Part shown: piece by piece, positions 23,888 through 37,991 of the stretch
How positions within the stretch are numbered: position 1 is the stretch's first letter
How the letters are laid out: every line of letters begins with the position of its first letter
Assembly: GCF_006345805.1 (NCBI RefSeq)
Contig: NC_043006.1
Coordinates: 36,518,001-36,582,000, forward strand
Direction: 5' to 3'
Length of the DNA: 64,000 nucleotides
Origin: Octopus sinensis
Taxonomy: Eukaryota
Program-made: the position numbers and the translations under genes
Notes under the pieces: model-generated
Databases searched by the model: none
Told to the model about the DNA's origin: nothing
Seen by the model: the letters and a program-made list of their open reading frames with translations, nothing else

Positions 23888-24278
23888 GGAGTGGCTATAT
23901 GTTAAGTAGTTTGCTCACCAACCACATGGTTCTGGGTTCAGTCCCACTGCATAGCACCTTGGGCAAGTGTCTTCTACTATAGCCTTGGGCTGACCAAAGC
24001 CTTGTCAGTGGATTTGGTAGACAAAAACTAAAACAAGCCCATCGTGTGTATATGTGTGTGTATGTTTGTGTGTCTGTGCTTGTCCCTCCAACACAGACAC
24101 AATTGACAATTGATGCTGGTGTGTTTACGTCCCTGTAACTTAGCATTTCAGCAAGAGACCGATAGAATTAGTATTAGGCTTACAAAGAATAAGTCCTGGT
24201 GTCAATTTGCTCAACTAAAGGCAGTGCTCCAGCATGGCCACAGTTAACTGACTGAAACAAGTAAAAGAATAAAAGAAT
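23888..24278 (+). mobile_element. CORE-like SINE, full length, with the alternative 3' module
   Basis: ggagtggctatatgttaagtagtttgc...gggttcagtcccactgcatagcaccttgggcaagtgtcttctactatagcc...ending ctgaaacaagtaaaagaataaaagaata. Further copies at 40148-40500 (+), 42230-42665 (-), 39270-39437 (-), 48560-48655 (-) and 55665-55800 (+). Confidence 0.8.
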
Positions 24279-24434
24279 ATACCATCGTCATCCTTTTCTA
24301 CTCTAGGCACGAGGCCCGAAATTTTAGGGCCTTGTGCACATTGGAGCTTGGTACAGTTCTTTGGCTTGTCAAATCATCCAGTTCATGCCAGCATGGGAAA
24401 TAGACGTAAAATGATGATGATGATGATATATTTA

Positions 24435-24600
24435 AGGTGGTGAGCTGGCAGAAATGTTAGCACGCCAGTCGAAATGCTTAGCAGTATTTCATCTGTCTTT
24501 ACGTTCTGAGTTCAAATTCCACCAAGGTCGACTTTGCCTTTCATCCTTCAGGGTTGATCTAATTGATTTGCTCCCTCCCCTAAAAATTGTTGTGTAAAAT
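24435..24600 (+). mobile_element. Meta-domain-like SINE
   Basis: ggtggtgagctggcagaaatgttagcacgcc...gagttcaaattccaccaaggtcgactttgcctttcatcc. Confidence 0.8.
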
Positions 24601-25114
24601 TTCAAACCAATCTAACACTGAGGAATTACTCTTCCAGAAGCGGTTAGTGGGTTGTATAATTTTGATGCTGTGTCAAGGATAATCTTGCTAGCCCACCTTG
24701 CTACTTACCTCACTTTATTTGGGTTAATAAGTCTACATTTAGGGTCAGCTAAGTTTGTGGTCTTTTAAAGTGATCTGGGAGCCAAGGAGCTAAACATTCG
24801 ATCCTGTCATCTATTTTACTAATTGATTATTATTTTGCTTCCATATTCATATTGTAGTATGTATTAGGGTTAGTTTATGTGTGTATACACATACACACTC
24901 ACACACAAACTGTCCCTAATGCAGGTATTGTTTCTCTGCTTGTTTCTTTTTTCTTACTTATTTCTTTCTTACTCCACTTTAATAAAGGGTTCACCTGAAA
25001 TGGCAATCTATTTCTTTTTCTATTCCTTATTTTGGTGTACAATTCATGGTGCACAGTTTTTTAATGCTAATTTTTGTCTGTGTATGTTTACACTTTATCT
25101 ATCTATACACACAC

Positions 25115-25313
25115 ATATATAGGTAAAATAACACAAACAGAATAAGAGGAATAAGAGACAGATATTTGGACAACATGAGGGGGGTACATCATCATCATCA
25201 TCATCATCATTTAGCGGACGCTAAATGATGATGATGATGATGTACCCCCTCATGTTGTCCAAATATCTGTCTCTTATTCCTCTTATTCTGTTTGTGTTAT
25301 TTTACCTATATAT
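25115..25313. repeat. Near-perfect ~100-bp-arm fold-back inversion with a 2-nt loop
   Basis: Arms are identical except G6 versus C5 and (CAT)8 versus (ATG)6; centre catttagcg-GA-cgctaaatg. Confidence 0.95.
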
Positions 25314-25334
25314 ATATATATATATATATACATA

Positions 25335-26115
25335 TCACAGTCGTGGCAGATACCAGTGTCATGCAAATTGGCACCCATGCTAGGGGCACATAAGTGCACT
25401 CCAGTGTCATTGAAATGGCACCCATGCCAGTGGAATGTAAATGCACCCATTACACTCTCAGAGTGGTTGGTGTCAGGAAGGGCATCCAGATGTAGAAAAC
25501 CATGCCAAATCAGACTGGAGTCTGGTGCAGACTTCCAGTGTGCTAGCCCAGTCAAACTATCCAACCCATGCCAGCATAGACAACAGACATTAAATGATAA
25601 TGATGATGATGATGGGAGATATGCTGTGACTAAGAAGACCCAGCAAATAAAGTCAGTTTACAGCTGTAACCTATACCAGTGTCACATAACCAGCCCACTC
25701 AAAAGTAACCTGGATCGTAGGGTAACATGCTGTGCTTGAGGAGACCTATTGAGTCAAGTACATCAAAATCAAATCAAATCTCAAACAGATGGAAATTGTA
25801 GTTGTGATCCTTGTGCCAGTGGGACGTAAAAAGCACCATCCAAACATGGCCGATGCCAGCGCTTGGCTTCCATGCTAGTAGCATGTAGAAAGCACCATCC
25901 GATCATGGTCAATACCAGCCCCCTCTGGCCCATATGCCAGTGGCACATAAAAAAGCACCCGCCCACTCTTGAGTCGTTGGCGTTAGGAAGGGCATCCAGC
26001 TGTAGAAACACTGCCAGATCAGACTGGAGCCTGGTACAGCCTCCTGGCTTCCCAGACCCCAGTCGAACTGTCCAACCCTTGCCAGCATAGAAACGGACAT
26101 TAAATGATGATGATG
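25335..26115 (+). mobile_element. Two tandem RTE-LINE 3' end fragments (25335-25615 and 25617-26115)
   Basis: Both have ggaagggcatccag.tgtagaaa...ccaaccc.tgccagc...(GAT)n. The second starts with YAVTKKTQQIK, homologous to the ORF end at about 7000. Other tail fragments at about 4960-5165, 27600-27745, 32175-32480, 40600-40800 and 44560-44660 (+), and 34560-34750, 35330-35490 and 63845-63965 (-). Confidence 0.8.
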
Positions 26116-26486
26116 ATATATATATAAAAGCACCTACCTACTAACTTATATATGTTATATGTATGCATATATAATAAACTATTAAAAGCTTCTTTCCTCC
26201 ATATGGTCATGTGTATACACATAGACTCAGAAGGGCACTCACACAAGAGGAAAACAAAGGTGAAATATAATTTCAAATGTATACATGTTGGATCATAGCC
26301 AGTATGCCACATTGATTGTAACAATTCTGCATGGCATAAGGGGAAGGAGAAAAACAATAGCTGAAATATAATTAAAAAAATAATAATAGTAATTGCTATC
26401 TTCCATTTTTGTTATGTGATCTTTGAATGCTCCTGTATAGAAGGTTAATCATGGCAGGCATCTTTTATAGGAAATCAAATGGATAT

Positions 26487-26521
<35 letters not shown>

Positions 26522-26675
26522 AAAGTGTGTATACATACACACTTGATAAAATAAAATTTTACCTAGCATATTTCTGAAAGATTCTTTTGGCATTTCTCCT
26601 GCTGGGCCCAATGGCCATTTCACTTTCATTGATTTAATTTAAGAAGCTATCATACAAAATAAATTATTGGCCCTT

Positions 26676-26784
<109 letters not shown>

Positions 26785-29700
26785 TATATAATTTCACTCC
26801 CCCTCTCTATATTTCTCTTTCTCTCCCCTCTCTCTCTCTCTCTCATTTACCTGCCCATCGAATAAACAGAGAGAGAAGTAAGATGTTTGTTATAGAACAT
26901 GGATAGATGCCAAAACTTGATAACATTAGGGTTATTCATGCCAGAATTAGGCTAATGAGGGCATGATATAAAGTAGGTAGATTAAAGCCCAAAAGGTTGA
27001 ACCTTGCAGGTAAGATTGTATTGTACTGAGGATATGTTATATTGCTTGTCTTCCAAACAATGTCATCATGGAAAAATAGACACAAAATTATATTGGCAAT
27101 GATGTGGGTGGCAGTGATAGCAATAATGATAATAATGGTCATCATTATCCTCAAGTGCCACTGACTTTTTATGATCAGCTGACCTACCACCTGATTAGTT
27201 GCTGTTGATGGTTATATTCCCCAATCATTTGAAGAGCTTCCAGTTTCTTTTTTTCACATCTCTACTGCCTGGAAAATGTCTGTCTAAGGGTTTGTAGTAG
27301 ACTCAGATGAAATTCTCGTTGCAGGAGTGCACTTACAGCACTCACTGATTGAGACCTATTCATGTCAAGAACACCAGTCTTCACATGCTTATACTCTGTA
27401 ATCTGCTGTTAGATATGATTTCTGTAGCTGAGAGCACGGGGTGTAGTGTAGAACTTTGTTGCATTAACTCCTGCTTTTGTGGTACCTGAAAAGTGCTGTC
27501 ATCAACAAAAGTTTAATACTGCACCAAAGGATGTTTGAATATCACTAAAATATTCAGTGGATTGAGTTGATTTTCTATGGCTAGATAGCCTTCCTATTGC
27601 TAAAACCTCATCTGTATCTGAGCATTATCTTAGAAACAGGTAAAGGCTAGTGTCACAACAGGAACAACATCCAGCTGTAGAAAATGCACCTCAACGAATT
27701 CTGTCTGCCCCATGTGAGCAAGGAATGGTGGATTTTAAAACAATGATGCTCTTGGCTCTTGTTAGAGCTGGTACACTGAGAATGGAAGAGATGAAAGACA
27801 AAATTGTGGAATCCTGTTCAGGAAACTTTTATTGAGATGTAGGTGTTTCCTCATGCCTTTTAAGAAACATTTAGAGTACCTAATTACAATAATATTGAAA
27901 TTTGTTTAAGAAAGTAAAAAGTTGATATGATAACATTAAGGACATCATCAGCGTTGGTCAGCCCTCACTTAGCAAGCCTATAGCACGTAGTTTATCAAAT
28001 AACAATGGTGCGATCCACAGATCTAGTGCTGTGGATGCTACACTTTCATTAAAGTGAAGAGCATGATATGCCTGTGCACTCCAACATATCGGGTCTTGCG
28101 TCTAGATATTTTTCTCTCCTTCCACTATCCAGTCTGTATCTCTACACCTGTTATTGGTTTGTGTACTCCAAGTTAGCTCTGATCAGCAAACCAATGATCA
28201 AACTACATTCTAGCGATTTTGTTTAAAATATAATTCCACTAGGATAACTATCCAATGTGTTTGTCTTAAAATGACTGTGAAAAATTTGGCTGTTGGTTCA
28301 AGTGACTACACAATGGTTTTCTCATTATTAGAAAGAAGGAAGCCAAATAAACCTCAGTCAGACTGCATCAGCTGCTGTTCCTCTGTATCATTTCTGGTAG
28401 GGAAATTAATGAGATCATTGATACTTCTACTATTTCTGTGTGTATGTTTTGTGATTTTATTGTCATCTGGGCAGTGGTGGCAGTGGCAGCAGCAAGGTGG
28501 GGAAGTGGATAATATCTTGATGGTGATGTTTTAAATCTTTACTGTTGTAGATATATCTGGATGTTTTGGGAAATATAGCATGTTTTGGTTGAAGCCTACT
28601 ACAGTAAAAAAAAAACAAAAAAAACTGTGCTCTTTACATTTCTTTCAATTTGATGATGGTGGTGGTAGTCATATTGGTGTTGGTAGTTGTAGCCGTGCCG
28701 TGGTGGAAATAATTTAAGAATATTGTACAAGATGATTCTATAGTTTCTTAGTTTGATACTGAATGTTCTTGATCATAATTCTGCTTCATCAGGGCTAACC
28801 TGGGGTTAAACCACAAGAACAGTGTTTTGAAGATCCTGCAAAGGTTAAGGGTACAACCCCATCTCTAAGCTATACAAGAAAAAAAAACGAGTATATATCT
28901 AACCCTCAATACCACACCTTAACACCTCATCTCCACAGCTTAATAACCCCTTCCATCAGCACAATATTACGCATCCTAATGGTAGTACACACACCACTTG
29001 ACCACATCCACCACCATATAAAGAACATTACATACAAGACTCTCATAATATGACACCCTCCACTCTCCTCTCACATTACACACCATGAAGTCTTGATTCA
29101 AAGCCAATATCTCCTTCTTTATTGTATTCTCTGAAGATTACAGATAATGTATGTGCGCATGTGTGTGTGTTTGTGTGTGTATATGAGTTTGTGTATGTGT
29201 CATCAGTGAGTGTATATGTTATTAGTGTATGTAGGTTGCATGAGGTGTGGAAATGTGTTTTTATGTTGTTCTTGTTTAACCATAGGTCAGCCTTGATTGA
29301 ATAGACCTCTGAACAAAGACAGAATAATCAAGGCCAACCATCCTACCTTCTTTGTATATTTTGGATCATATTGTCCAGTGTGTCCTTCATTTTTTAAAAC
29401 TTAATATTGTAATTTCAGGGAGATTTGGCTGCTATTTCTAAAAAAAATTGAGATCACTTAGATGCTCTCTCATTGGTTCAAGTATTATGTTTGTGAAGCA
29501 TTTATGTGTAGAGGTATATGTATATACAGGTGTATGTTTGTATTTGAGTGCTGGTTTAGGTTGAGGCATGTGTGTGCGTGTCTGTGTGTAAATATATGTG
29601 TTGATATTCAAGTCTCCATGTGTGTGAGTATACACCTGATTGCGTAAGTGTACACACATGTGTGAAGTTGTATATAATTGTTTATACTTATGAATGACTG

Positions 29701-30065
29701 TGTAACTGTATATGTGTGTATGTTTGTAATAATATATAGTTAGCTCTATATGTCTCAACATCAATGTATAACTGTCGCTTTCTACTTGAATTGGTGTGTG
29801 TGTGTGTGTCTAATGGTATATGTGTAAGTGTCTGTGTCTACTAATCATTATACGTGTGTATATGTGTAGGCATTGTAATGATGTGTAAGTATTAGAGTGT
29901 TTATCAGTGACTGTGTATCAGTTTATCAGTGTATTGATAGCAATATATCGATATGTGCAGGTGGTAATCAATTTATCATATTTGGAGATATCAAAAGATA
30001 TTTAGATTTATTCTCTCACCATATCCTCCCTTTTCACACACTCATTTTATCATTTTATCTCATAC

Positions 30066-30117
<52 letters not shown>

Positions 30118-33113
30118 CAATGTTTCATTCACTCACACATAGAAAATTGCTTTCATTCTCTCTCTCTCTCTTTCTTTCTCTCCTTTGCTCACTCTCTCCC
30201 TCACGCATACATGCACACATGCGCATACACTATTTGAAAAAATATTCACATATTGCTCTCTCTCATATAAATATATACATACACATACACACACACGTCT
30301 CACATGTATTCATAATCACACTATTCTCTCTCTTATATACACATGCATATATACACATATGCACTACCTTTCTCTCGCATACATGATTCACACCCTCAAA
30401 TTATTAATGGTTCCTTGTTACCCCCCTCTCTTTCCTAAGTATACAAACACTTACACCTTGCCATCGTTTGTGTGTGTCCATTAATAAAATATAATAATCA
30501 CTCCCCCCCCTCTTCTTTTACTATGCTTGTCTCCTACTTACTCCCTTCTTCTATTTCTCCTACTGCAATATCTTTCTCTCTCTCTCTCTCTCTCTCCCCT
30601 CTAGTCATTCTTATATTTTCTATCTTCACTTTTTTCTATCTTTCTTTTACTCTTTGCCTTCATCACTTTTTATTAATCTTTCTTCTTACACATATACACA
30701 CATGGCATGTGTGTGTGTGTGTGTGTGTGAATGGTTGCACATACTTTGTCACATACCTGTGTTAAGATATAGCAGCATAGTCCTCTTTTCCTCTTTTTTC
30801 TTTCCTCTCTTTTTTCTCCCTCTTTCACTCTCCATCTCTCTCTCCCTCCATCTCTATCTCTCTCTCTCTCTAGTCACCAGCCTTGTTTTCTCTTTTGATC
30901 TTATCCCCATCTTTATTTCTCTCTCCTCCTAACCACCATGACCACCACTACCACAAACCTGTCTGCTACTACAGCTAATATCACTTTCATTACCAGTTCT
31001 ATGGTGTAAATGGTCATCTCACCCCACCCATCTCACTCCACCCTCACCACACAAAATCTTTCATCTTTCACTCTCTCCATATAAATGGTTATTTGTCCAC
31101 TGTTTACGGTCCACCACCACCAGCATCTCTGATGGACACCACTGATGGTCTTTTGATTTCTTTTATGTATGTATTTATTCTAGTATTTATTTTGTTGTTA
31201 TGGCTATGTATGAATTGGGGCTTGTGGCAGAGGGGGTGGGGATGAGGTTGTCTGACATTGTTGACACTGACTGATATTAAAATGCTGTTTTGATAGTTAG
31301 GTTATGTAATGAGGGTGGTGATGTTGTTGCTTAGCCCTATGTTCAGACCTTCTAGCAATGACCACTCTTGTCTTTTTTCATCTTCTCAGACTATATTACC
31401 CTTGAAACCTTTGGGTTTTTTGTTAAGACAGCAGTGGTGATGGTGGTTATAGCGATGGTAGTGCTGTTGATGGTGTAGATAATTGCAGTGGTTATTGATC
31501 ACTGTGGTTGTTGTCTTGATTGGTATTCTTACCTGTGATTGGAAGATAAATCAGCTGATCAAATAAAATGATCAATTGACTGATATTTCTAGCTGCAGTA
31601 ATCTTGTTTCTGCAGTAGCAGGAACAGGGGATTTGTTCCCTTAAAATATAGAACCTAAAACATGTACACAGCTGAATGATGGTGTGTGTGTGTGTTGAAA
31701 TTACCTTGTTTTGCTTTTCTTTGATTTCATTTTAGTGCTGAGTGAACAGATCAAGGATATTCTAGATATGACCATGTCTTTTATTGAGATACAATGTATT
31801 TAGAATTGTAGTGTGTAATCTGAAAGAGATGTAGCTGTTGTTTCAAGCCATTTGAGTGACCATCTAGAAACATTAGCTTGAGGTGCAGATATTTGTATTG
31901 TGATGGTGGTGGTGGTGAAGGCAATGTTAGTGCTGTAAGTGATGTGATGGTGGTGTGGTAATGATGATGTTGATGAAGTGTTGATATGGAGGCGATGGTA
32001 GTGATGATAATGAGGATTGTGATAGGAAAGGTTGTCGATGTAACTACTGATTTAATGGTGGTCGTAATAATAGTGAAAATGTTGGTGCAGATGTTTGTTA
32101 TCACCACCAAAACTGATTTGGTGGTGATGAAAAAGGACCGAGATATATGGCATATTGCTGTACTCAGGAGATCCAACCTCTATAAAAGTGCTGGTATAAC
32201 ATAAGAAGCACTGGGGCCTACTGTCACATGAAAAGCACTGGTGCCTACTGTCACATAAAAAGTACTGGTACTGGTGCCACATAAAAAGCACTGGTGATGG
32301 TGCCACGTGAAAAGCACCCAGTGCATTCTGTAAAGTGGTTGGTATTTGGAAGGGCATCCAGCTGTAGAAACCAATCCAAAACAGACTATGGAACATGTTG
32401 TGACCTTGGCTTTGCCAGTTTCTGTCAAACCATCCAACCCATACTAGCATGAAAAATGGATATTTAAATGATGCTGATGTTGCTGAAGTTCTGGTATTGG
32501 TTGTGGAGTAAATAACAATGGTGAAGAACAGTGTTAGTTGTCATGATGCGTTTGTCGATTACCCTGCTCGCAACTCCTTGATTTTCTCTGATTAAGTAGG
32601 CCTGGGCTGTTCCAGCTATGAACATTCCATCATTTTGCAGACTTTGCATATCTAAATTTACATTATCAAATATATCTTATTTTTCAAGACAGTAGGGTAT
32701 GATATGAAGGAGGTTTGGTTGCTGTTTCTAGCAGGTTAAGTGATTACATAGAGAATCCATCATTTGTTTATTAGAGGTGATGTAAGCGACTGTGATGAAG
32801 ATGATATTAAGTTGTTACATTTGCTAGGTCTCACATTTTTTGATGATCATTCCTGAACATCTTATCTACACACACTGCTAGATTTTAATCTTTAAATCCA
32901 GCCTTTCTTCTCAGGAGCCAAAAATTCTTCAACCCTGATTGTGCCGATCTCTACTAAGTTCACACAAGATCTACAATAGAATATTGCTACTATATAAACT
33001 AACATCCAAAAAAGGTCATTCAGTTTATTGGCAAATGCTCATTTACCATCACACTCTCAGATATTATTACTGAGTCCATGAGTTGGTTCCACTTTTTAGT
33101 TGTATCAATTTAA

Positions 33114-33329
33114 CCCTTTTAATACCAACCTGCCTGAGACTGCCCCTTGTTCTGTGATATTAAGCACCTGTTTTAAAGTGATCTGCATTAAAATCTTTCA
33201 TTGAGATTTCATGTTATGTTCCAAACACAGGTGGAATAAGAAGAATATTGTTTTACTAAATCGTTCTTTATTTTCAAAATTAAGTGAACCAAAGGCAGTG
33301 AATTCTACAGAAATTTGGTAACAATTGGG
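33114..33329. mobile_element. piggyBac-like MITE flanked by TTAA (second copy)
   Basis: TTAA|cccttttaatacc ... ggtaacaattggg|TTAA; the interior is the reverse complement of 15842-16062. Confidence 0.65.
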
Positions 33330-33659
33330 TTAAATATTTGTCAATATTACTAAGAGAAACAGAGACATCATTGAATCCCTTTGTGTTATTCTGTAAATGT
33401 GAAGGCTGAGACCTAAATATGAAACTTCAATAGAGCCTTGTATTTTTTTGTAGTTAATCTATAATTACCATCACTATGATTTTGCTAGCAATACCATTGC
33501 AAACAGTATTACAACCACCACTACAATCATTATATATTATCACTCCTTTTCTACCATACTACCAGTAACACCACTATCACCATCATTGTTATTACCACTC
33601 TCACTACTATAACCATCATGCCATCACAACCACTATTAACACAAGACTGTTTATAAACA

Positions 33660-33950
33660 AGATAATGAGTAGTAAATGACTCAATCTGTTGCAATCTATT
33701 GATCATCCAATTTGGTGGAGGTGGGTGAGTTTGTTGGAGGAAAATGGCATTCCTGTAGTACTGAAAATGCAGGGGTTCTATAATGGGAGAAGGATACTGT
33801 TTTGATCATACGGATAAATGTTGGTGCGGAAGGAAGTATCTGCCCAGTATTGTTAAAAGAGCTGCCTAGTATCTTAATATGTATTGGTGTATAATATGAA
33901 AGTAAAGGAACACCAGTTTGGCATTTGTGGGCGTCAACATTTTTGTTTAA
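33660..33950 (-). mobile_element. Possible old CR1/L2-like RT fragment
   Basis: Stop-free minus frame containing SFNNTGQILP and SHYRTPAFSVL, resembling the 'NYRPISLLS' region; weak similarity only. Confidence 0.3.
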
Positions 33951-35934
33951 AGGAACAGTTGTATTTATTTATTTATGTATGTGTGATTGTAAGTGCTCAT
34001 GCTTTAACACACACATATATGGTAAGAAGTTTGTTTCCCAACCATATGGTTCTGGGTTCAGTGCCACTGCATAGCCCCTTTGGCAAGTTTTGGAGTTGTA
34101 AACTTAATCCAATGCTGAGCTCAACAGTTGCAAATATACTCCAGCCTCCAACCCACAAACATATTGTTCTCTCTTTTTCTCTCTCTCCTATTACTATAAT
34201 AACCTCTGCTTCTTGTCGCTGGTTGGTTTCATACCACTCTACTTTGTCCACACTGTCTATTTTCTCTTCTCTCTTCCTTTTAATCGTCCAAATTATGTCC
34301 AACACACTAAACCCCACACTAACTATGACATATTACACCCAGTCCTTTCTTTCCAGAGTGTCAGTCCCCATCAACTTGCAAAGGTTTTCATAGAACATTA
34401 ACATCCATCATATCAATCTTGGAGAATCTGCAAAAGCTTTGAACAGAACTCCTTCCAGACCAAACTGGTTATAACAACTAGCATTTGACTGCTTTCAGTG
34501 CAGAATACTACCCTGTTGCAAGCATTTGTATTTTTATAGCTTTCCAAGGGGCGTTCTTAGCATATCGTCAGTGTCCATTTTCCATGCTGGCATGGATTGG
34601 ATGGTTTGACAAAAGCTGAGTATCCAGAGGACTGCACCAAGTTCTTTCTGTCTGCTTTGGCATGGTTTTTATGGCTGGGTGCCTTCCTAATGCCAACCAC
34701 TTTACAGAGCATATTAGGTGCTTTTTACATGGCACCAGCACTGGTGCCGTCACTATGTGATTTGCAATACAGAGACCCCTTCACCAGGAATTACTCTTTT
34801 CTTCAATGGTATTCAATGCTGAAAGTTGGTTAATTAAAAGTAAAGAATTTAGAGGAATTTTTTCTTCTGTAATATATTTTAAAGAATTTACAAGATATAA
34901 AATCTGAATAGGAGTACAATTCGCTTTTTCTTTTTTATCTTTTCTTTCAATTGCTAAGCTACAAAGACTCTCTGAAGAAAAAAAAAAAAGAAAAAAACAT
35001 CCACCCCATAAATTTCTTCTGGACAGTAATTCTCCATCTTTAAGAAATATCTTACTTCGTAAGACATTTAATATATCTCTTGGTATGCTATGCTAACAAT
35101 TTCTAATTAGAATGAAATAGTGCTATACATGATTACCCTTGACTAGATATTTTGAGAAGTTAGTAATAAAGTGAGCAACAAAGAAAATTAAAACTGAAAT
35201 TAAATATGAGTATTCTTAGCATTGTTTTCCTTATTCCTTGATTTCAAATTCAAATTTTTAATACAAACATTATCAGGTTGTGATAATCTACCTTGCATTA
35301 ACTATCTGCCAGGAGACACCATTATCATCATCATTTAACATCCATTTTTCCATGCCGGCATGGGTTGGTTAGTATGAGAGGAACCACAAGTTCCATTGTC
35401 TGTTTTAGCATGTTTTCTACAGCTAGATTCCTTTCCTAACACCAACCATTTTACAGAGTGTATTGAATGCTTTTTATATAGCACCAATGCTTTTTTTTTT
35501 TTTTTTTATCTTCACAAAATGGTAAATTTCCTGAAAACTCTACAGATAAAGAATAAACTCATTGACCACAATTTATTTGGAATGTAAGAATCTCTCTACA
35601 ATTTAGCCATTACTTCATGTAGAATTGTGAAAATACTAAAATATTGACATCATTTTAGAATTATTTCAGGCATGATTTTTTTAATCTCTTTTTATATCTA
35701 GCAATGTTTATACAATTTCAACTAAATGCTCCTTAAAAGATCGTTTATTTATTTTTCAGTGTTATTAAATCCATTACTCTAAATTCCATTAAATTTCTGA
35801 ATTTTATCGCCTTCATCATCACATCCTCCTCATCATCATCATTACTATCATTATCACCATCTTATCTTCATCATCGTCATCATTATTATCATCATCGTTG
35901 TTGTCATCGTTATCATCATCCTCATCAACATCAT

Positions 35935-36125
35935 CAAGGGTGGTGAATAGGAAGAATCATTAGACCATTGCACAAAATGTTTAGCAATATTTCTCTTGGC
36001 TCTCTCTGTTCTGAGATCAAACTCCACACAAAGGTCAACTTTGCCTTTGAGATCAATAAAATTAAGTACCAGTCTATTAACCCTTCCTCTCAAAAATTTC
36101 TAGCCTTGTACCTAAATTAGAAATA
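35935..36125 (+). mobile_element. Meta-domain-like SINE after a (CAT)n tract
   Basis: ggtggtgaataggaagaatcattag...aaggtcaactttgccttt...aaattaagtaccag. Confidence 0.65.
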
Positions 36126-36660
36126 ATTAAGATTTACAGAATCATTTGGGCATTGAACATTATTATGAGTTTTGGTATTTGTTCTAGTTCTTTATGTTCC
36201 ATGTTCAAATCCCATCGAGGCCAAATTAGCCCTTCATTCTTCCAAAGTTAATAAGAACCACTCAAATGCAAGAGGCAGTCTTATCAACCATTCCTTTCCT
36301 CTGCATTTAAGGCCTTGTGTTGTTTATATTAGAAATCATTATTATTGCATCATTTCCTAACAAAACAACTGAAATCATATAAAGCTTGTTTAAAACATCC
36401 AGAGATTATTATTAAACTCTCTAAATTCTAATGCTAAAGTAATTCAAAATTAATTTTCATAGCAAACTTATCTTATCACATGTATTAGCTTTCTTTCCCC
36501 TCTCTCCACTTTCCCACCTCCTCCTCCTCCACTCTCCTCCCTTCTTCCCTCCACTCTCCCCACTCCCTCCCATCTTTCTCTTTCCCCTCCTATCCCCACT
36601 CCCTCCTCTTCTTCTCTTTTATTCTCTACCACTTATTTTGTGTTATCATTTATAAGCAGA

Positions 36661-37335
36661 AGGCTGCGCAAATGGCAGAAACGTTAGCATACCGGGTGAA
36701 ATGCTTAGCAGTTTTTCGTCTGCTGCTACGTTCTGAGTTCAAATTCTGACAAGGTCAACTTTGCCTTTCATCCTTTCAGGATTGATTAAATAAGTACCAG
36801 TTACACACTGGGGTCTATATAATTGACTTAATCCGTTTGTCTGTCCTTGTTTGTCCCCTCTGTGTGTAGCCCCTTGTGTGCAGTAAAAAATAAGAAACAT
36901 TAGCACGCTGGGTGAAATGCTTAGCAGTATTTCATCTGAGTTTATGTTCTGAGTTCAAATTCCGCCAAGGTCGACTTTGCCTTTCATCCTTTCGGGGTCG
37001 ATAAATTAAGTACCAATTGCATACTGGGATCGATCTTATTGACTGGCCCCCTCCTCCAAAATTTCAGGCCTTGTGCCTAGTGTAGAAAAGATTATTTATA
37101 ACCAGCCAAAAGACAGTGAGCTGGCAGAATCGTTAGCATACCAGGTAAAACGCTTTGTTGCATTTCATCCCATTTTTACGTGTGTTCAAATTCTACCAAG
37201 GTCAATTTTGCCTTTCATCCTCTTGGGGGTCGATAAATTAAGTACCAGTCAAGTACTGAGGTCAGTGTGATTGACTATCTCCCTCCCCACAAATTCCAGG
37301 CCTTGTGCCTATAGTAGAAAGGATTATCTATAACC
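36661..37335 (+). mobile_element. Three head-to-tail Meta-domain-like SINEs
   Basis: Three repeats of gcagaa.cgttagca...gagttcaaattc...aaggtc.actttgcctttcatcc...taagtaccag, starting at about 36661, 36893 and 37112. Confidence 0.85.
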
Positions 37336-37618
37336 AGTCATCACAGTGGCAGTGGAGAAGCAAAATGGGGAAAGTTTATCCACCTTCCCTGCCAATTATT
37401 CCTGGAAGGGTCGTAGGGATAGTCCTCAGCCACCTCCATATTGTCCTGTCAGAAGCATTATGCTTTTTTGCTGGATTCCCAAGTGTGATCAACTAAGTCA
37501 AACATCTCATTCTTGTTCTGCCCCTAGGTCCCCTGCCAGTTGTCTCAGTTTGAGGAATCCATCTTGTAATTCTTTCCTGTGACATTCTAATCACATAGGG
37601 AGAATATCAAACAAAATA

Positions 37619-37825
37619 TTAGGTTGGTGCATAAATATTGTGCCTTTTTTTCAATAAATTTTATTCAACAAAAACAATAACAACATTTAACAAAAACATC
37701 TTTAAATGATTATTCTGGAGCATATTCACCATCTACTTCAATTTCTGCTTGGTGTTTTGTTTAAATTTTTTGTTGAATAAAATTTATTGAAAAAAAAAAG
37801 CTGCAATAATTATGCACCAACCTAA
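37619..37825 (-). mobile_element. Mariner-derived MITE with TA target-site duplication
   Basis: TA|ttaggttggtgcataa ... ttatgcaccaacctaa|TA. The minus strand keeps the transposase C-terminus EVDGEYAPE*. Confidence 0.85.
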
Positions 37826-37991
37826 TAAAAACACCTTGTGGTAGTAAATAAGTTGTGTTCTTTTACATTCTGATATTAAATCCTGTCCAGGTCAACATAT
37901 CCTTTTACGTTTCTACAGTCAGTAACATAAAACAACAGTCAAGTACTGAGATCAGCAACACAAAACACCATTCAGGTACTTGGATCTATAT

